Source: Podarcis liolepis (Eukaryota). Taken from it: a DNA stretch of 64,000 nt. The position numbers and the translations under genes were made by a program. Positions within the stretch are counted from its first letter, which is position 1, and each line of letters opens with the position of its first letter. The DNA is taken from NCBI GenBank assembly GCA_965112155.1, contig OZ218107.1. The stretch is one strand, 5' to 3'. Shown piece by piece: positions 1 to 12,185 of this stretch. The notes beneath the pieces were generated by a model. That model saw only the letters and a list, made by a program, of their open reading frames with translations. It searched no databases and was not told the origin of the DNA.

Positions 1-302
1 CTTTAAATGTACAAAATGTTTGTGCATTGTTCAAAATTTCAGCCAAACAAAAGCTAGCCAACTCAAGTAATTGATTCCTTTCTGTACTCACATATTGCTA
101 TATGTGTTTGTACCATATTCTTTATGTTCACTTTTCCTTTGTTGCATTCTTTGTTGATGTTCAATTTCATTATGATTAAGATCACACACTTTCTGTTTTC
201 AACAGAGACATCTTGCTTTTGCACACAGACCTGCTACAAATGTCTTTGTTGTTCTGTCAGTTTCTGGTTTGACTTGTGTATGCCTTTGCACTTTTTATTA
301 AG

Positions 303-434
303 GTTTCTGCCTCCATGCTCAAGCAATTTCCTAACAGTGGTCTGAACCCAGGTCTTTTCAACATGAATCCCCAGCTTTCTCCTCAACAGATTGCTATGTT
401 GAGCCAACTTCCGCAGATCCCCCAATTTCAGCTT
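303..434 (+). CDS. TNRC6B: TNRC6B exon ([10 protein letters not shown]...IPQFQL)
   Basis: ttaag|GTT acceptor, CTT|gtaagt donor, 132 nt. Confidence 0.9.
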
Positions 435-3400
435 GTAAGTAACTATCCTACTACAGTAGCTGACTGAATTTTGCATACCCCTGTGACTGTTTTTGCAGCT
501 TTAATCTTTTTGGGAAAATGTTGTACTTCAGATCTGTGGAAATATATATTTAGTTGTTGAAAAGGCACATATAAGTCATATGCAGTTGTGGGGAGGGGAC
601 ACTTTCTAGCAATGACTTGTACCTTTACAGTAAATCAAGCTTCATACTAGAAGTACTGGGCAGAGGCACGCCATACATTTAAACCACATGACTTTCCCAA
701 AGTATCCTGGGAACTGTCATTTGTTTAGGGTGCTGGGGATCATAGCTCTGTGAGGGGAAAACTGCAGTTCCCAGGACTCTTTTGGCAGGTGAGTCATATG
801 CATTAAATGTGCATTAGATGTCCTTTAAGTGCTTGGTGTGGATCATCCCACTATTTCTAATTAGATGTAAAAGGGAAGGCACTGCGCTCATCCATAGGCT
901 AAAACGTTCATGGTAAGTTTCTTTTATTATAAAAAACTTACAGTGCTAGTCATATCTGCTGAACAGTGCTCATTTGCCAGCAGTTAATGCCTATAAATAA
1001 AGTCCTTCATTACCTCCTCTACTTGCCTTCCAGGCTTGTCAACTCATCCTCCAGCAACAGCAGCAGCAGCAACAACAACAACAGCAACAACTGTTACAGA
1101 GTCAAAGAAAGATTTCCCAAGTAGTACGACAGCAGCAAGAACAGCAGGTACAATATTTAATCAGCAATGTATGCATGAGGTGTACAATAAAGCCTAGCAA
1201 TATACCAAGAAGATGTTATTAAAGCTTTATTATTGCTTGAAACTAATGCACTGTTCAAAATATAATCACTTGTTTGTACTACGATAAACAAATTCTTTTT
1301 TATTTCATTAACTGCAGATTGCCCGTATGGTGAATGCCTTTCAGCCACAACAGAGGCAGCCTGGCATGAAACATTCTCCATCCCATCCAGTTGGGCCTAA
1401 ACATTTAGACAGCATAGTACCTGGTGGTCTGAATGTGAGTCTCTCAGATATACCAACCAAAGGGCAAATTCCTGGATATAGTTCAGGTAAGTACTGTAAA
1501 TAGCTAAACCCTGTGATCTGCTTTGATTTCTTAAGCGCTAAGAATCTGTGTACCAAACGCAAAGACTGGATTTGTTGTTTGTGTCAGTTGAATTGCTGAA
1601 TCAGTCTTGCTACATAGAACTCTAGCTTCCGTTCTTCTCTGCAGAGTGTACTTCAGCGTTATGTTGACTCACTAGCTTTATTTTCAAACAGCCTTGCTTA
1701 TTGCAGGATATCATGTTACAAAAAGTATTTGTGCAAAAGCATAAGACAGCCTTGTAGTGATGAGCATGGTTTAAAAACATAATTATAAAATTAGCTTAAA
1801 GGAGGGGTGGGAAATCCTTGGCCCTCAAGTTGTCATTGGTTTTTCACAGGTTTTGGTTCGAGTGGCATGGATTATGGCATGGTAGGAGGGAAAGAAACTG
1901 GAACAGAATCTCGCTTTAAACAATGGACTTCTATGATGGATGGATTGCCATCTGTAGCTTCCCAAGATGCCAATATGCACAAAAATGGTGAGAGATTCCA
2001 GCTTACGTTGTCAAAAATGATTTTACAGGGTATATTTATATTGCCACTTTTTGCCTCTAGTGAAACACTAGGACAGCAGCTTCTCCTGCATTGTTGTTTT
2101 GCTGTGAGATTGTTGTATTTTAATTGTTCTAAGCCACTGTTAGCAATGCAAATGCCTTTGGAAAGGTAATATATAAATCTGAACAAATCATAATGAGTTT
2201 TTTGTTTTGGTAACCTTTTTTTAAAAAAAGGCCTCTAATTTTGTATCTTGTTTTTCTTACATTATATATATGCTATTTTCTCTCTTACTCTAGTGCAGGG
2301 GTTGCCAGTGTGGTGCCCTTGGGCACCAGTTTTCCCTTCAGTATTTCCTGTAGCACCCATGAAAGGTCTTGGTAAATATCCCCTCCAAATTCCACAATGC
2401 ATGAGAGACTGTTCACTCAGTTCCTGTTTGCACTGGTGTGTCCTCCTATATGCCTCCATGGCAGCCATTTTGTCTTATGCCACACCTCCATAGCAGTCAT
2501 TTTGTGACTGCCATCCACAACACTTTCACAAAATTCCAAACGTGCCCACTGGCCCTCAAAAGTTGGTGACTCTTGCTCTAGTGGCTTTATTGTTACAGTG
2601 AAACTGGTATGAATTGCCATTCTGCTTTTATATTAAGGTTTGAGCCCTGTTTCAGCTGCTACCATGATGTCCTTTTGTCAAAATAATATTTTTCCTCTTC
2701 TTTCCAGGGACGATTGTGCCCCCTGGAAAAGTACGAGGGGCATCGCCCTATAACCAATTTGATATAATCCCTGGCGACCCACTGGGCAGCCACACAGGTC
2801 CTGCTGGAGATAGTTGGTTACCTGCCAAATCTCCACCAACAAGTAAGATTGGAAGCAAATCCAGCAATGCCAGTTGGCCTCCAGGTAATTTCAGTGTCCT
2901 TGAAAACTGTTCATAAATGTTACATCCCAGCTTATAAAATAATATTTGTTACTGCTATCAATGTGTCACCGCTGTCAGTGGCTTTCCAAGCACAGCAGAC
3001 TGGTGCTGTGCAAACATGCATTGTAAGATTTGTAAGATGCATTTCAGATTTTGGACCATTTGCCTGTATGAGGTTGTGTAAAACTTGTTTCAGAGGTGTA
3101 AACTCCATTTTAAAGAAACCAAACTTCTTTGGTCTGTATAAATGACATGAACTAAGCACTTTTTTATTTTGTGTAATTTATTTCTTGGGAAGGTTTAGGG
3201 TTAGGATAAAGTTGCTACACTGAACAGTAATGCCCTACTCTTGACCACTGGGAATGTTATACAGTAATACCTCTTATGAACGTCCGCCTTGTCTAGTGTC
3301 CATTCCGGCGAACGTCTGCGGCAAACCTGGAAGTACCGGAATGGGTTACTTCCAGGTTTGCCGCATGCGCAGAGGCGCAAACCGCTCCATACGCAGACGC

Positions 3401-3527
3401 AGCGCTTTGCCCTGTGTCCTTTCTGGCTAGCAGCCGGGGGTCTGGAATGGATCCCGGCTGCAAAACAATGTACGACTATACGGCAGTTTATTTATTTCTG
3501 AGACTTCACCAAGCATTGTCTCTCTCC

Positions 3528-3560
<33 letters not shown>

Positions 3561-6500
3561 CACCATCACCACCACCACCCTGAATTTTGAAAATAGGTGT
3601 GTTTTAAGCCTACTCTTGAATTGGCATCTTTATTTTTTGTGATTTATATTGTAATGGCAATTGGCTACAGACAATAAAAATGTGACTGATTGACTACATA
3701 CACACATATAGTAGCAATATTAATTTGTATGCTTTTCAATCAGAATGTAGAATAACATTTTAATTACTATTTTTAAAAAGGTAGGAAGGAATGGAAGAGC
3801 TAATAAGGAACTAGGAAACAAATGTATGCCTTTACATTTGTAATTAGATTCCTCTAATAACATTATCTGCGCTCTCAAACTGATCTCCCAAGACCGCAGA
3901 ACTAGAAACTTGGCACCACACATTCTTGGACACCTCATATTTGTTGGAAGAATTTAACAACTTTAAGTCTTGAATATTTCATTTGAAATACTGTATGATT
4001 ATTGTTATGTTTCAGAGTTTCAGCCAGGAGTGCCATGGAAAGGTATTCCAAACATTGACCCTGAATCTGATCCCTATGTGACCCCAGGAAGTGTGCTGGG
4101 GGGTACAGCCACATCCCCCATTGTAGATACTGATCACCAACTTCTGCGGGACAACACCACAGGTTTATTTATTACATAATACAATTTCTGTTTACCTTGC
4201 AACTATTATAACTGGAATAACAAGTTGGATCAGCAAATACATGTTTGCTGATTATAAGTTGGGGCAGGGATACATTTGCAGGGGAGAATCAGTAAAATTG
4301 AGGGTAGTTAATCTCTCTACACAGCCAATTATTTTTCCTTATAACCTCTTCTGCCAGGCCCCTTTCCCCCCCAGCCAGTCTTAGTCGCAGTTTTAGACTT
4401 AGCTAGAGGGGAAAATGGGAAAATATCTATCTGGAGGGTAAGCATTGGTGAACCAAGAGAATGAATTAAAACCCTGTTTGCACTTAGCAATTTCCCCGTG
4501 GAAATGCCCCTGTCGTGTATTAATGGCAGTAGGCAAATAGAAACAACCGTATTCTGCTCTGTATTCTATTCTAAAGTTTGATGATGCAGATGTTACTATG
4601 GTTTAATTTATGTTAAGACTAAATACATGGATCTGCAATAGGTTTCTGTCATTCATTGTCATTGCTAGAAATGTCAGTTGTCACGTAAATTCTTTATTAA
4701 TCTATAATATTTTTCTTTACCTTTCCTTATTATGCCATAGGGTCTAATTCTTCCCTCAACACCTCGCTGCCTTCACCTGGTGCCTGGCCCTACAGTGCCT
4801 CTGACAATTCCTTCACAAATGTTCATAGCACTTCAGGTATCTGGTTTCCATTCTCAATGCACCTATCTCACATTTTATATTGTAGATGGAAAACATTGAG
4901 CTATTTAAGCATATTTAGCAATGCTTTGTACAATAGATAGTTGCCTGGGTTTTTTCCTCAGTGTAACTTTTTTTTACGTATTAAATAACTCCCTGGTGAA
5001 GTTTTTTCAGATCCGTGTACTATATTGTCGCAAAAGCATGTAGCCTGGATCACATGCAAATATACTTCGACAGACTAAAATTATGATGATCTGTGTTATG
5101 TGTATTAACTTTCACTAATTTATTGCCTTTTCCTTTCCTCTGTTGTAGCAAAGTTCAGTGATTACAAATCAACATGGTCCCCAGATCCCATAGGACCCAA
5201 TCCCCCTCATCTCTCCAACAAGTGGAGAAACAATATTTCCTCAAGAAACACTACAGGGCTACCCCGCCCACCTCCTGGTCTGAGTAATCCAAAACCATCC
5301 TCTCCCTGGAGCAGCACAGCACCCCGCTCACTCAGGGGGTGGGGGGCACAGGATTCAAGGCTTGCCTCTGGTGAGTAGAATTTCCTAGCATTCTTATTGC
5401 TTTGCCCATGAACAAGTTCCACAGCATTACTAGTCTGGATATGATAAGACCTTTAGGGGAGAGAATGTTATAATTGCTCAGTGAGAGAAAAGAGAATATT
5501 CTATTTCTCTCTCTTAAAAGGGCTATGGGCTGTTTGTCAGAAACTGCTGAGGAAACAGAGGGAAATACAGCTAGACCCTTCCTGTCAGAAGAGGTCCTTG
5601 AAAGTTGACAAGGAACATGTATTGAATAGTTTGTGGGTGGGGTCTCAAGAAGATACAGTTCTTCATGTTGTCTGTGCAGATCCACAGACTTCATCCTCAC
5701 AAAGTAGCATCTAGCACTTTCTTGAAGGGGTTTAGGTGGAAAGCTAACCCCCCAACCCCAAGTGTGCACACTCAAAAAAGGTCCGTGTGGCTCCCATTTT
5801 TTCTGATCACTGCAGCAAGAGAAACTTTCACTTACCCCTGAGAGAGCATATGAGCTAGGCCCTTCTTTTCCTTCACTTCATCTTTTTCACCTTTTTTTCT
5901 CTACAGTGGATTTTAAAAAACAACAACAAATAACCTTTGTGCTAATTCTGCAACAGTGCATGCCTCACTCTCAAGCGGGTGCTTGTGGTGCGGTGCAACT
6001 GGCACTTTTTAAGAGGTGTTCAGTTTGTGGCAGCAGACTACCTCCTTAACTTGGTGAGGGACCTGTAATGCATATGGTTCCAGCTGTCTATGTTTCACTA
6101 GGCAGACACACAAAATCACTTGTTTCAGGCACAGGGAATGTTGTTAGAGCAGGCTGTCTTTGCCTTCAGTGCCAAGGTCAAAGTCTCCAGAGCAGCACAA
6201 GCTACACAACTTTGTTCCACTTCAGTTCTGCTCATGTTGTTGATGGCAGGGACGGTATCCTTGAACCGATAGGTCACTTGTGCTATGGAGGTCTTCCATA
6301 GCTTGCTTACTACACTGTCCTCTATGGGAACTGAATTGCCCTTTACATTGACCATGGCTGTTAACCTCTCCAGCCTTCACTTCTGCCTCTGATTCTGGAC
6401 TGCTCTCTGCCACTCTTTCTTGCTCACTAAGCCCTGTTTCCTCTTCAGCTTCTGACACCTCCTTCCTGTCTGCTCCCTCTGACCACTCATCATCATCCCA

Positions 6501-8352
6501 CCACCAATCCCTGGGCTCTGAGTCTTGGAGGCTCCCCAGCTGGTTCCTCCCAGTCCATGACACCCAAATGTGTTTTTCTTTTCTAAACTTCAGTCCCTTC
6601 TTTTAGAGGAAAATACTAAAATCATCCTCTGAAAAGAGATAAACTGGTACTCAGTACCTTGTGCATTTAGCATTTTTTTAAGCATTTCGCTATCCCCCAG
6701 AAGACTGAGGTCTTTGGCCACTTCTGGACCTTCAGGATGTGTCATAAGTCCAAAGACATGCAGGATGGTAACCCTTGTCAAATTCTTTTAAGGGAAAGCA
6801 AGCATCTTTCATGTCAGAGCTTGGTCCACATCCACAGATTTGGAAGATGCTTAGCCTTTCAGCCAAAACTTTGCTGTTTGCCCCACTTTGCTCTGAGTGA
6901 CTGCAGCTTCTCTATAGGATTGCAAAGTTTTAGAGCTATTTAGAACTGTCATCATTGCACACTTCTGTCAGTAAGGGATTTTGATCTTCCCATAGATAGA
7001 TGACTGCCTACTTATTGCATCCACTCAGACCAAGTTGCTTTTACACTTTGCGTTCACAGCATTGGGCTTCTGTATCAAAGTGGCAAAGTTTCCAATACAT
7101 CACCCCATGTGCTCTTTTTGATTCTGGTAGAAGTTTATGAATCTCCTGTCCTCTGGCTGAGCTTGAAACCTTATTGCAGGATTGAGGCACCTCAGCCCCA
7201 GGGGTTGAATTCTGCACTCCAGGCCTTTCTGTCTTTCCCTTGGAACTTTCCCCAGGCAGTAACCTTCACTGGTTGTGCTTAACACCCCAAATGTTTTTGC
7301 CAGGCTGCAATGTGTCCTTGAACTCTGCTAATGTCACTTGAATTTCTGGAGGGAGGATAGACAGAATTGTGTGAGTGTGTGTAGAAACTAGCTCACTGTA
7401 CAAAAGCTAAAAATTTGCATTTGTTGCTTCATCCACTTTTGCCTCTGGCTTCACCCCCACTGTCATGTGGCCCTTGGAAGATTTCAGAGAAGGAAATGTC
7501 CTCCTTTGACTGAAAAAGGTTCTCCACTCCTGCCTTATTTGGGTGGCTGCTGACACAGCAGTTCAACCTAGATTCTGGGGCCAATGGCCTTGAGAACTGT
7601 CATCCACCCATCTGAGAATGTGTCCTCTTTAGTGTTGATTTCTGTATGTGTTCCAGCCAGGAGTCAACTCCCAGGCAAAACGTCTCATCTTGTCTTCTCA
7701 GTTATGCATTCCTGTCATGGTTCGATCCTCAGCAGCTATAGTTCCACCTGATACTGTAACTGCAAATGTCATTTTGACCTGCTCTCCGTCTCATGTTTCT
7801 TTATATAGCTGCCGCAACAGGAAATTGTTGGGAAGGTAGAAGCCATATTCCTTTGAGTGTGCTCTTATCTTTTGAAAGTTCTGAATGTTACTTTGTGCAA
7901 CTGCAGAATCCATATGTGTAGCTGCACCAGTGACCACTTGAACAACCCTGTCTTTCATGTTAAATGTGACAAGTGAAATGGTTTCTATAAAGCACAGAAT
8001 TCATTCTGGTTTTCTGTTTAAGATCAATTTTGAAGTAGGTCTCATCCAAATGTATCCTGCTTACTGTTTAATCATTTGCAGCCTCTACCTGGAGTGATGG
8101 TGGATCTGTTCGTCCTAGCTACTGGCTGGTTCTTCACAATCTCACTCCGCAGGTATTTCTGTCTTCTGCTTCCTTTTTATTACTGAAACAAGACTATTCT
8201 GAATTGTTGATTGTTTTAAATAAATATTGTATTTATGTAGCAACACAAGCTAACTGGTATGACAGTGTGTTTAGGACATGAGAGACCTACTGTAAACCAC
8301 ATTTTCAGCTTTTTTTTTATTGGATTGTGAATTAATTGCAGTGCTTGTTTTG

Positions 8353-8389
<37 letters not shown>

Positions 8390-11300
8390 GTAAGTAAGCA
8401 ATTTTGTGAATGCAAAACATAGTGTTGTCGTTTTTTTACAAAACTCCCAGTCTTCAGGATGCTAGGCAGAATGGCTAGTTTTCTCTCTTATGTTTTCATA
8501 GCGAAACCACAGAATGTTTCCAGCACTGCTGCCAAAAACAAAGGCCTGTAAGGTTCCTTCAGCTTTTGTTTGTGTCTGCTGAGACACCATGCTTTCTCAG
8601 TACAGTCATACTTTGTGTTGCATTAGGTTCATGTTGCGTCTTTTCAGTTTGCGAACGCGGTAAACCCAGAAGCGTATACTTCTGGGTTTTGCCCCGCACG
8701 CGTGCACAGAAGCGTTCTGCACACTTAGTACATGTGCAGAAGCGGCGCTCTAGTTACAGACTTTTCAGGGTGTGAACGGCACCCCGGACCAGATCGAGTC
8801 CGTAACTAGAGGTACCACTGTATTTTGAGCTTAGTTTCTTTCTCTTGTGGCATTTACAGTAATTACCTGATATTTTTGGTTTGTATATTAACCATACTAT
8901 TTCAGGTATATTTACAAATGAAAATACTTACCTCCCCCCCATAAACCTGCTGTTTGTCTTTGTTCTTCCAATCTGTTCTTCACAAGATCGATGGGTCAAC
9001 TTTGAGGACCATCTGCATGCAGCATGGTCCACTGCTGACATTCCATCTCAACCTGACCCAAGGCACCGCCCTTATCCGATACAGCACCAAGCAGGAGGCA
9101 GCCAAGGCCCAGACTGCACTGCACATGTGAGTTACACCAACAACCTTTCCTGACCATTTGCAACCTCATTTTGTCAGTAGATGGAAGTCTTGTGTGCAAG
9201 AGGTAGCCCACCAATGTGTTTTGTTTGCCTAGTGCCCAGATTTGAAATGGCATTAAAGAGTTTTTTCCCCCAGGGGCTCCTGGAAGGGCAGCATTTACAC
9301 TGGGATGGCTCCTCCCATCTGGCTGGACAGGCAGGGTCAGTTAAGGATCCTTGGCTGGGGGAGGCGCCATCCCCACTTTCACCAGACCTGCCTTGCCTCT
9401 TACGTTGGTCAGACAGGTCTCTAGTGCTGCAAGGCTCCTGACCCAGCACATTTTTCCATTCTCATTTATTTACTTTTAACTTACATTTTTCCATTTCATA
9501 TTTAATTTCTTTTTCCTTGTAATTTTCGTTCTTTTAATGCCCTTCCCTCCTCTCTTTTTGCCTCCCTGGCCAAGGAGGCAGACTCGGCCAGCTCTGAGGA
9601 AGAGCTCTGTATTTTTCACTAGAAGGGTCTCTCCCAGAGCCCACAGGAAGGCACCCAGGCGGCTTCTGCTGCCCCAAAGAGCTCAGACGCTCTATGCAGT
9701 GAAATAGAACCTGGACAACTGATTTGCGCAGTAGTGCAACAGCAACAGTTCCCTGTTTCACAGTTGACTTGTGCCGCAGCAAAAGGAGCTTGTGTGTACC
9801 ATTTCTGGCTGGCACTGGAGTTTCTCCTTTAGTCTTCACCTTTCCCTGGACAGGGGAGCCCAGGGGAGAAGCACGGACACCAAGTATGCTAGACTAGACG
9901 GTCCGTTCACTGATCCAACAGGGCTCTTACGCAGTATCTAGAAGGTAGAGGCATATTCTGTTATCTGGCTGAACTGTTCTCACCTCCAGGCAAAGTCCAT
10001 TTTGTGGCCTTCCACTAGATTGAGAAACTAAAAAAGCAAACAAAAATATTTCAGGTAATGGTGTGCTAAATTAGTATTCTCTTTAAAAGCTTTTGAAATA
10101 TTTCTGTTAACTTAAAATATTTTAATATGGATCTCAAAAGGATGTTCAATTATTATTCTCATTACTGTATCCAATTACATTTCAGTTTGGTTAACTATTT
10201 GAGTGAGAATAGAGAAGAGATTAGATAAGTCAAAGCTTTGATTATGACCTGATTGAGGCATGGCAAAGCATAGTTTGTTGTTACTTACTTGAACTACAGC
10301 AAGCCTCAGATTTATATGCTCCCTCTGCTCTTCCTTCTCTCTACTTTGAATGGGAAGGGGCAAGGGAAATTTAAAGCTCTGTCACTTTTTGCAAAAACTG
10401 CAGCTTCCTTTTTCATCTGAATACAGGAAATTGGTTTATTTAACCGTAGTTAATTAATTAATAAACTAGTATATCAAAGCACCATTTGATCCTGGTTTGA
10501 TAAAATCAAATCTTAGTTTCCCATATGTAAATAAAAAGGGAAGCATTTGGAAGAGGCATGGTTGTAGTTTAGTTCAGTTACCCCAGGTGGATGAGATCTG
10601 GCTATACACCTCTGAAGTTTCACGTTTGCACTTCATCTATTCTGGGCAGACATGTTCTTTACTAGCTTTTCCTTGTCTTCTGTACTCTTTTGCCCTGTGC
10701 TCATGAATTTCAGCTTAATTTGTTTCTTCTCCCCTCACTCTGGGGAAGAGGGCTGTCTGCTGGGGTAGGGGCCACCACTGGCAGCTGGATGGTAACAGCT
10801 CAACAGGATGCTTGCGCTGCCTCTCCCCTCAGGGAGTTTTGAAGGATTATGTGAGAAGCATGAAATTTATGTTTCTTGCCTGTAAGTGGCTTTCTTAACC
10901 AAAAATTGTGGATGGTATATCCATGCTTGTATTCATCCTGAAAGAAGAAATATTTTTGGTGCATGTTTCATGACAGCATTTACATTTCCAGTTTTTTTTG
11001 TACACGAAGAACATGCAAATTTTGTTGCTGCCATAAGTTTGTGGGCTCTTGGGGAAAGCAGTGGACTTGCACATTTGTGAGGTGACCATGACTCTGCTTG
11101 CAATGGGCTACAAACTGGGTCTTACTTGCCTTGCAAAAGTACGCTAATATTTGGACAAATGTTAGGGCCCCAGTATGAATATTTGCGACTCTTACCACTA
11201 TTCTCAGAAATCTCGTTTGTATATCAGCTTCCAAATTTGGAAAAACTTTTGCAAAAATATGCATACATGCTTAAACAATTTTTTTTCCTTTTAAAGTAAA

Positions 11301-11884
11301 AGAAAACAATATTAATTCTGGAAAACAAATGTAGTAAGGATGAGGGCACTATATAAATATTGTTCTGCCGCTCATACTAATTTTCTTTGTTGAACTGTAT
11401 ATTCTTTGCAATGTTAAACTGTGGATTTGGCTCATGTTTCTGGGATATATTTTCCTGTTAACTTTTGTTTCTGTTCATTCTACCCTATTTTTTTAGGTGT
11501 GTTTTGGGAAACACTACCATCTTGGCTGAGTTTGCCACAGACGAGGAGGTTAGTCGCTTTCTGGCACAAGCTCAGCCTTCTACACCTGCAGCAACACCCA
11601 GCACATCTGCAGCAGGCTGGCAGTCTCTAGAGACAGGACAGAATCAGACAGATCCAGTGGGACCTGCTTTGAATCTTTTTGGTGGGTCAACAGGGCTTGG
11701 GCAGTGGAGCAGCGGTGGCGGCAGCAGCAGTGGGGGTGACCTCGCTGGTGCTTCATTATGGGCCTCCCCAAATTACTCTTCAAGCTTGTGGGGGGTTCAG
11801 AGTGTAGAAGATCCTCACAGGATGGGAAGCCCTGCTCCCTTACTACCTGGAGACCTTCTAGGCGGAGGGTCGGATTCAATCTGA
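303..11884 (+). CDS. TNRC6B: TNRC6B (GW182 family miRNA-silencing scaffold), 3' part: 11 coding exons, gene begins upstream of the window
   Basis: Exons 303-434, 1034-1147, 1318-1486, 1850-1987, 2708-2884, 4016-4162, 4741-4836, 5149-5370, 8082-8152, 8987-9126 and 11497-11884 join in one frame. They give a Q-rich region, PAM2 ([10 protein letters not shown]), RRM ([26 protein letters not shown]) and the TNRC6B C-terminus ([14 protein letters not shown]). Position upstream of ADSL matches known synteny. Confidence 0.97.
658..849. mobile_element. palindromic MITE, same family as 57687-57898
   Basis: Shares ccatacatttaaa...catgactttcccaaag...cattagatgt blocks with the 57.7 kb copy; flanked by 3-bp ACT repeats. 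Confidence 0.65.
1034..1147 (+). CDS. TNRC6B: TNRC6B exon with 13-Gln tract (ACQLIL Q13 LLQSQRK...QEQQ)
   Basis: ttccag|GCT acceptor, CAG|gtac donor, 114 nt, mixed CAG/CAA run. Confidence 0.9.
1318..1486 (+). CDS. TNRC6B: TNRC6B exon (IARMVNAF...PGYSS)
   Basis: ctgcag|ATT acceptor, TCAG|gtaagt donor, 169 nt. Confidence 0.9.
1850..1987 (+). CDS. TNRC6B: TNRC6B exon ([10 protein letters not shown]...ESRFKQWT...HKN)
   Basis: tcacag|GT acceptor, G|gtgag donor, 138 nt; ESRFKQW motif. Confidence 0.92.
2708..2884 (+). CDS. TNRC6B: TNRC6B exon (TIVPPGK...SNASWPP)
   Basis: ttccag|GG acceptor, CCAG|gtaatt donor, 177 nt. Confidence 0.92.
3262..3478. mobile_element. non-autonomous Tc1/mariner (pogo/Tigger-like) MITE, degenerate
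   Basis: TA|CAGTAATACCTC left end; internal 18-bp inverted repeat GCGGCAAACCTGGAAGTA/TACTTCCAGGTTTGCCGC; CpG-rich. Confidence 0.65.
3529..3580. repeat. (ATT)n then (CAC)n microsatellite
   Basis: direct reading. Confidence 0.9.
4016..4162 (+). CDS. TNRC6B: TNRC6B exon containing the PAM2 motif ([10 protein letters not shown])
   Basis: tttcag|AG acceptor, ACAG|gttt donor, 147 nt; PABPC1-binding PAM2 motif of GW182 proteins. Confidence 0.93.
4741..4836 (+). CDS. TNRC6B: TNRC6B exon ([31 protein letters not shown])
   Basis: ccatag|GG acceptor, TCAG|gtatct donor, 96 nt. Confidence 0.9.
5149..5370 (+). CDS. TNRC6B: TNRC6B exon ([13 protein letters not shown]...PRPPPGL...RLAS)
   Basis: ttgtag|CA acceptor, G|gtgag donor, 222 nt; PPGL motif. 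Confidence 0.92.
5658..7946 (+). mobile_element. probable highly decayed DIRS-like (tyrosine-recombinase) retroelement
   Basis: Weak inverted ends (5658-5686 vs 7911-7946). Degenerate YR-like peptides at 7041-7088 ([13 protein letters not shown], cf. LHTLDVRRALAFY) and 7295-7317 (FCQAAMC, cf. ICKAATW). Recognised from memory of the family. Confidence 0.4.
6360..6562 (-). mobile_element. fragment of a lacertid LTR-like repeat starting TGTCATGGACTGG
   Basis: TG-start, purine-rich on the minus strand (spurious [14 protein letters not shown]); resembles an LTR-type repeat I recall from lacertid genomes. Confidence 0.5.
8082..8152 (+). CDS. TNRC6B: TNRC6B exon, start of RRM ([23 protein letters not shown])
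   Basis: ttgcag|CC acceptor, CAG|gtatt donor, 71 nt. Confidence 0.92.
8353..8398. repeat. (TTAG)n microsatellite
   Basis: direct reading. Confidence 0.9.
8603..8820. mobile_element. non-autonomous Tc1/mariner MITE
   Basis: Right TIR GAGGTACCACTG|TA, degenerate left TA|CAGTCATAC, internal palindromes. Confidence 0.75.
8987..9126 (+). CDS. TNRC6B: TNRC6B exon, RRM core ([46 protein letters not shown])
   Basis: cacaag|ATC acceptor, AT|gtgagt donor, 140 nt. Confidence 0.94.
11497..11884 (+). CDS. TNRC6B: TNRC6B last coding exon ([12 protein letters not shown]...GGGSDSI*)
   Basis: ttttag|G acceptor, TGA at 11882-11884. Confidence 0.95.
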
Positions 11885-11968
11885 ACTTAAAACTTTCAAC
11901 TCTGACCTCGTGACCTTTTTTGGAACAGCAGCAGCACTAACTTGACCTTTTCTTTTTTTTCAACTTGC

Positions 11969-11974
11969 AATAAA
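11969..11974 (+). terminator. candidate proximal poly(A) signal of TNRC6B
   Basis: AATAAA about 85 nt after the stop codon, preceded by a U-rich tract. Confidence 0.45.
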
Positions 11975-12021
11975 TACATTTTAAAAGGAAAAAAGAAAAT
12001 GGAGAGAGAAAAAAAGGTGGG

Positions 12022-12185
12022 NNNNNNNNNNNNNNNNNNNNNNNNNNNNNNNNNNNNNNNNNNNNNNNNNNNNNNNNNNNNNNNNNNNNNNNNNNNNNNN
12101 NNNNNNNNNNNNNNNNNNNNNNNNNNNNNNNNNNNNNNNNNNNNNNNNNNNNNNNNNNNNNNNNNNNNNNNNNNNNNNNNNNNNN
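12022..12185. other. assembly gap (N run)
   Basis: 164 N. Confidence 1.

Noticed and set aside
6222-6563. Acidic Trp-rich 113-aa ORF ([11 protein letters not shown]) resembling a GW/W-motif peptide
   Set aside because: It is antisense and intronic and coincides with an LTR-like repeat fragment; composition explains the peptide.
9200-10880. GC-richer patches in the last TNRC6B intron
   Set aside because: Probably old repeat remnants, but I found no TIR, TSD or coding motif I could support.
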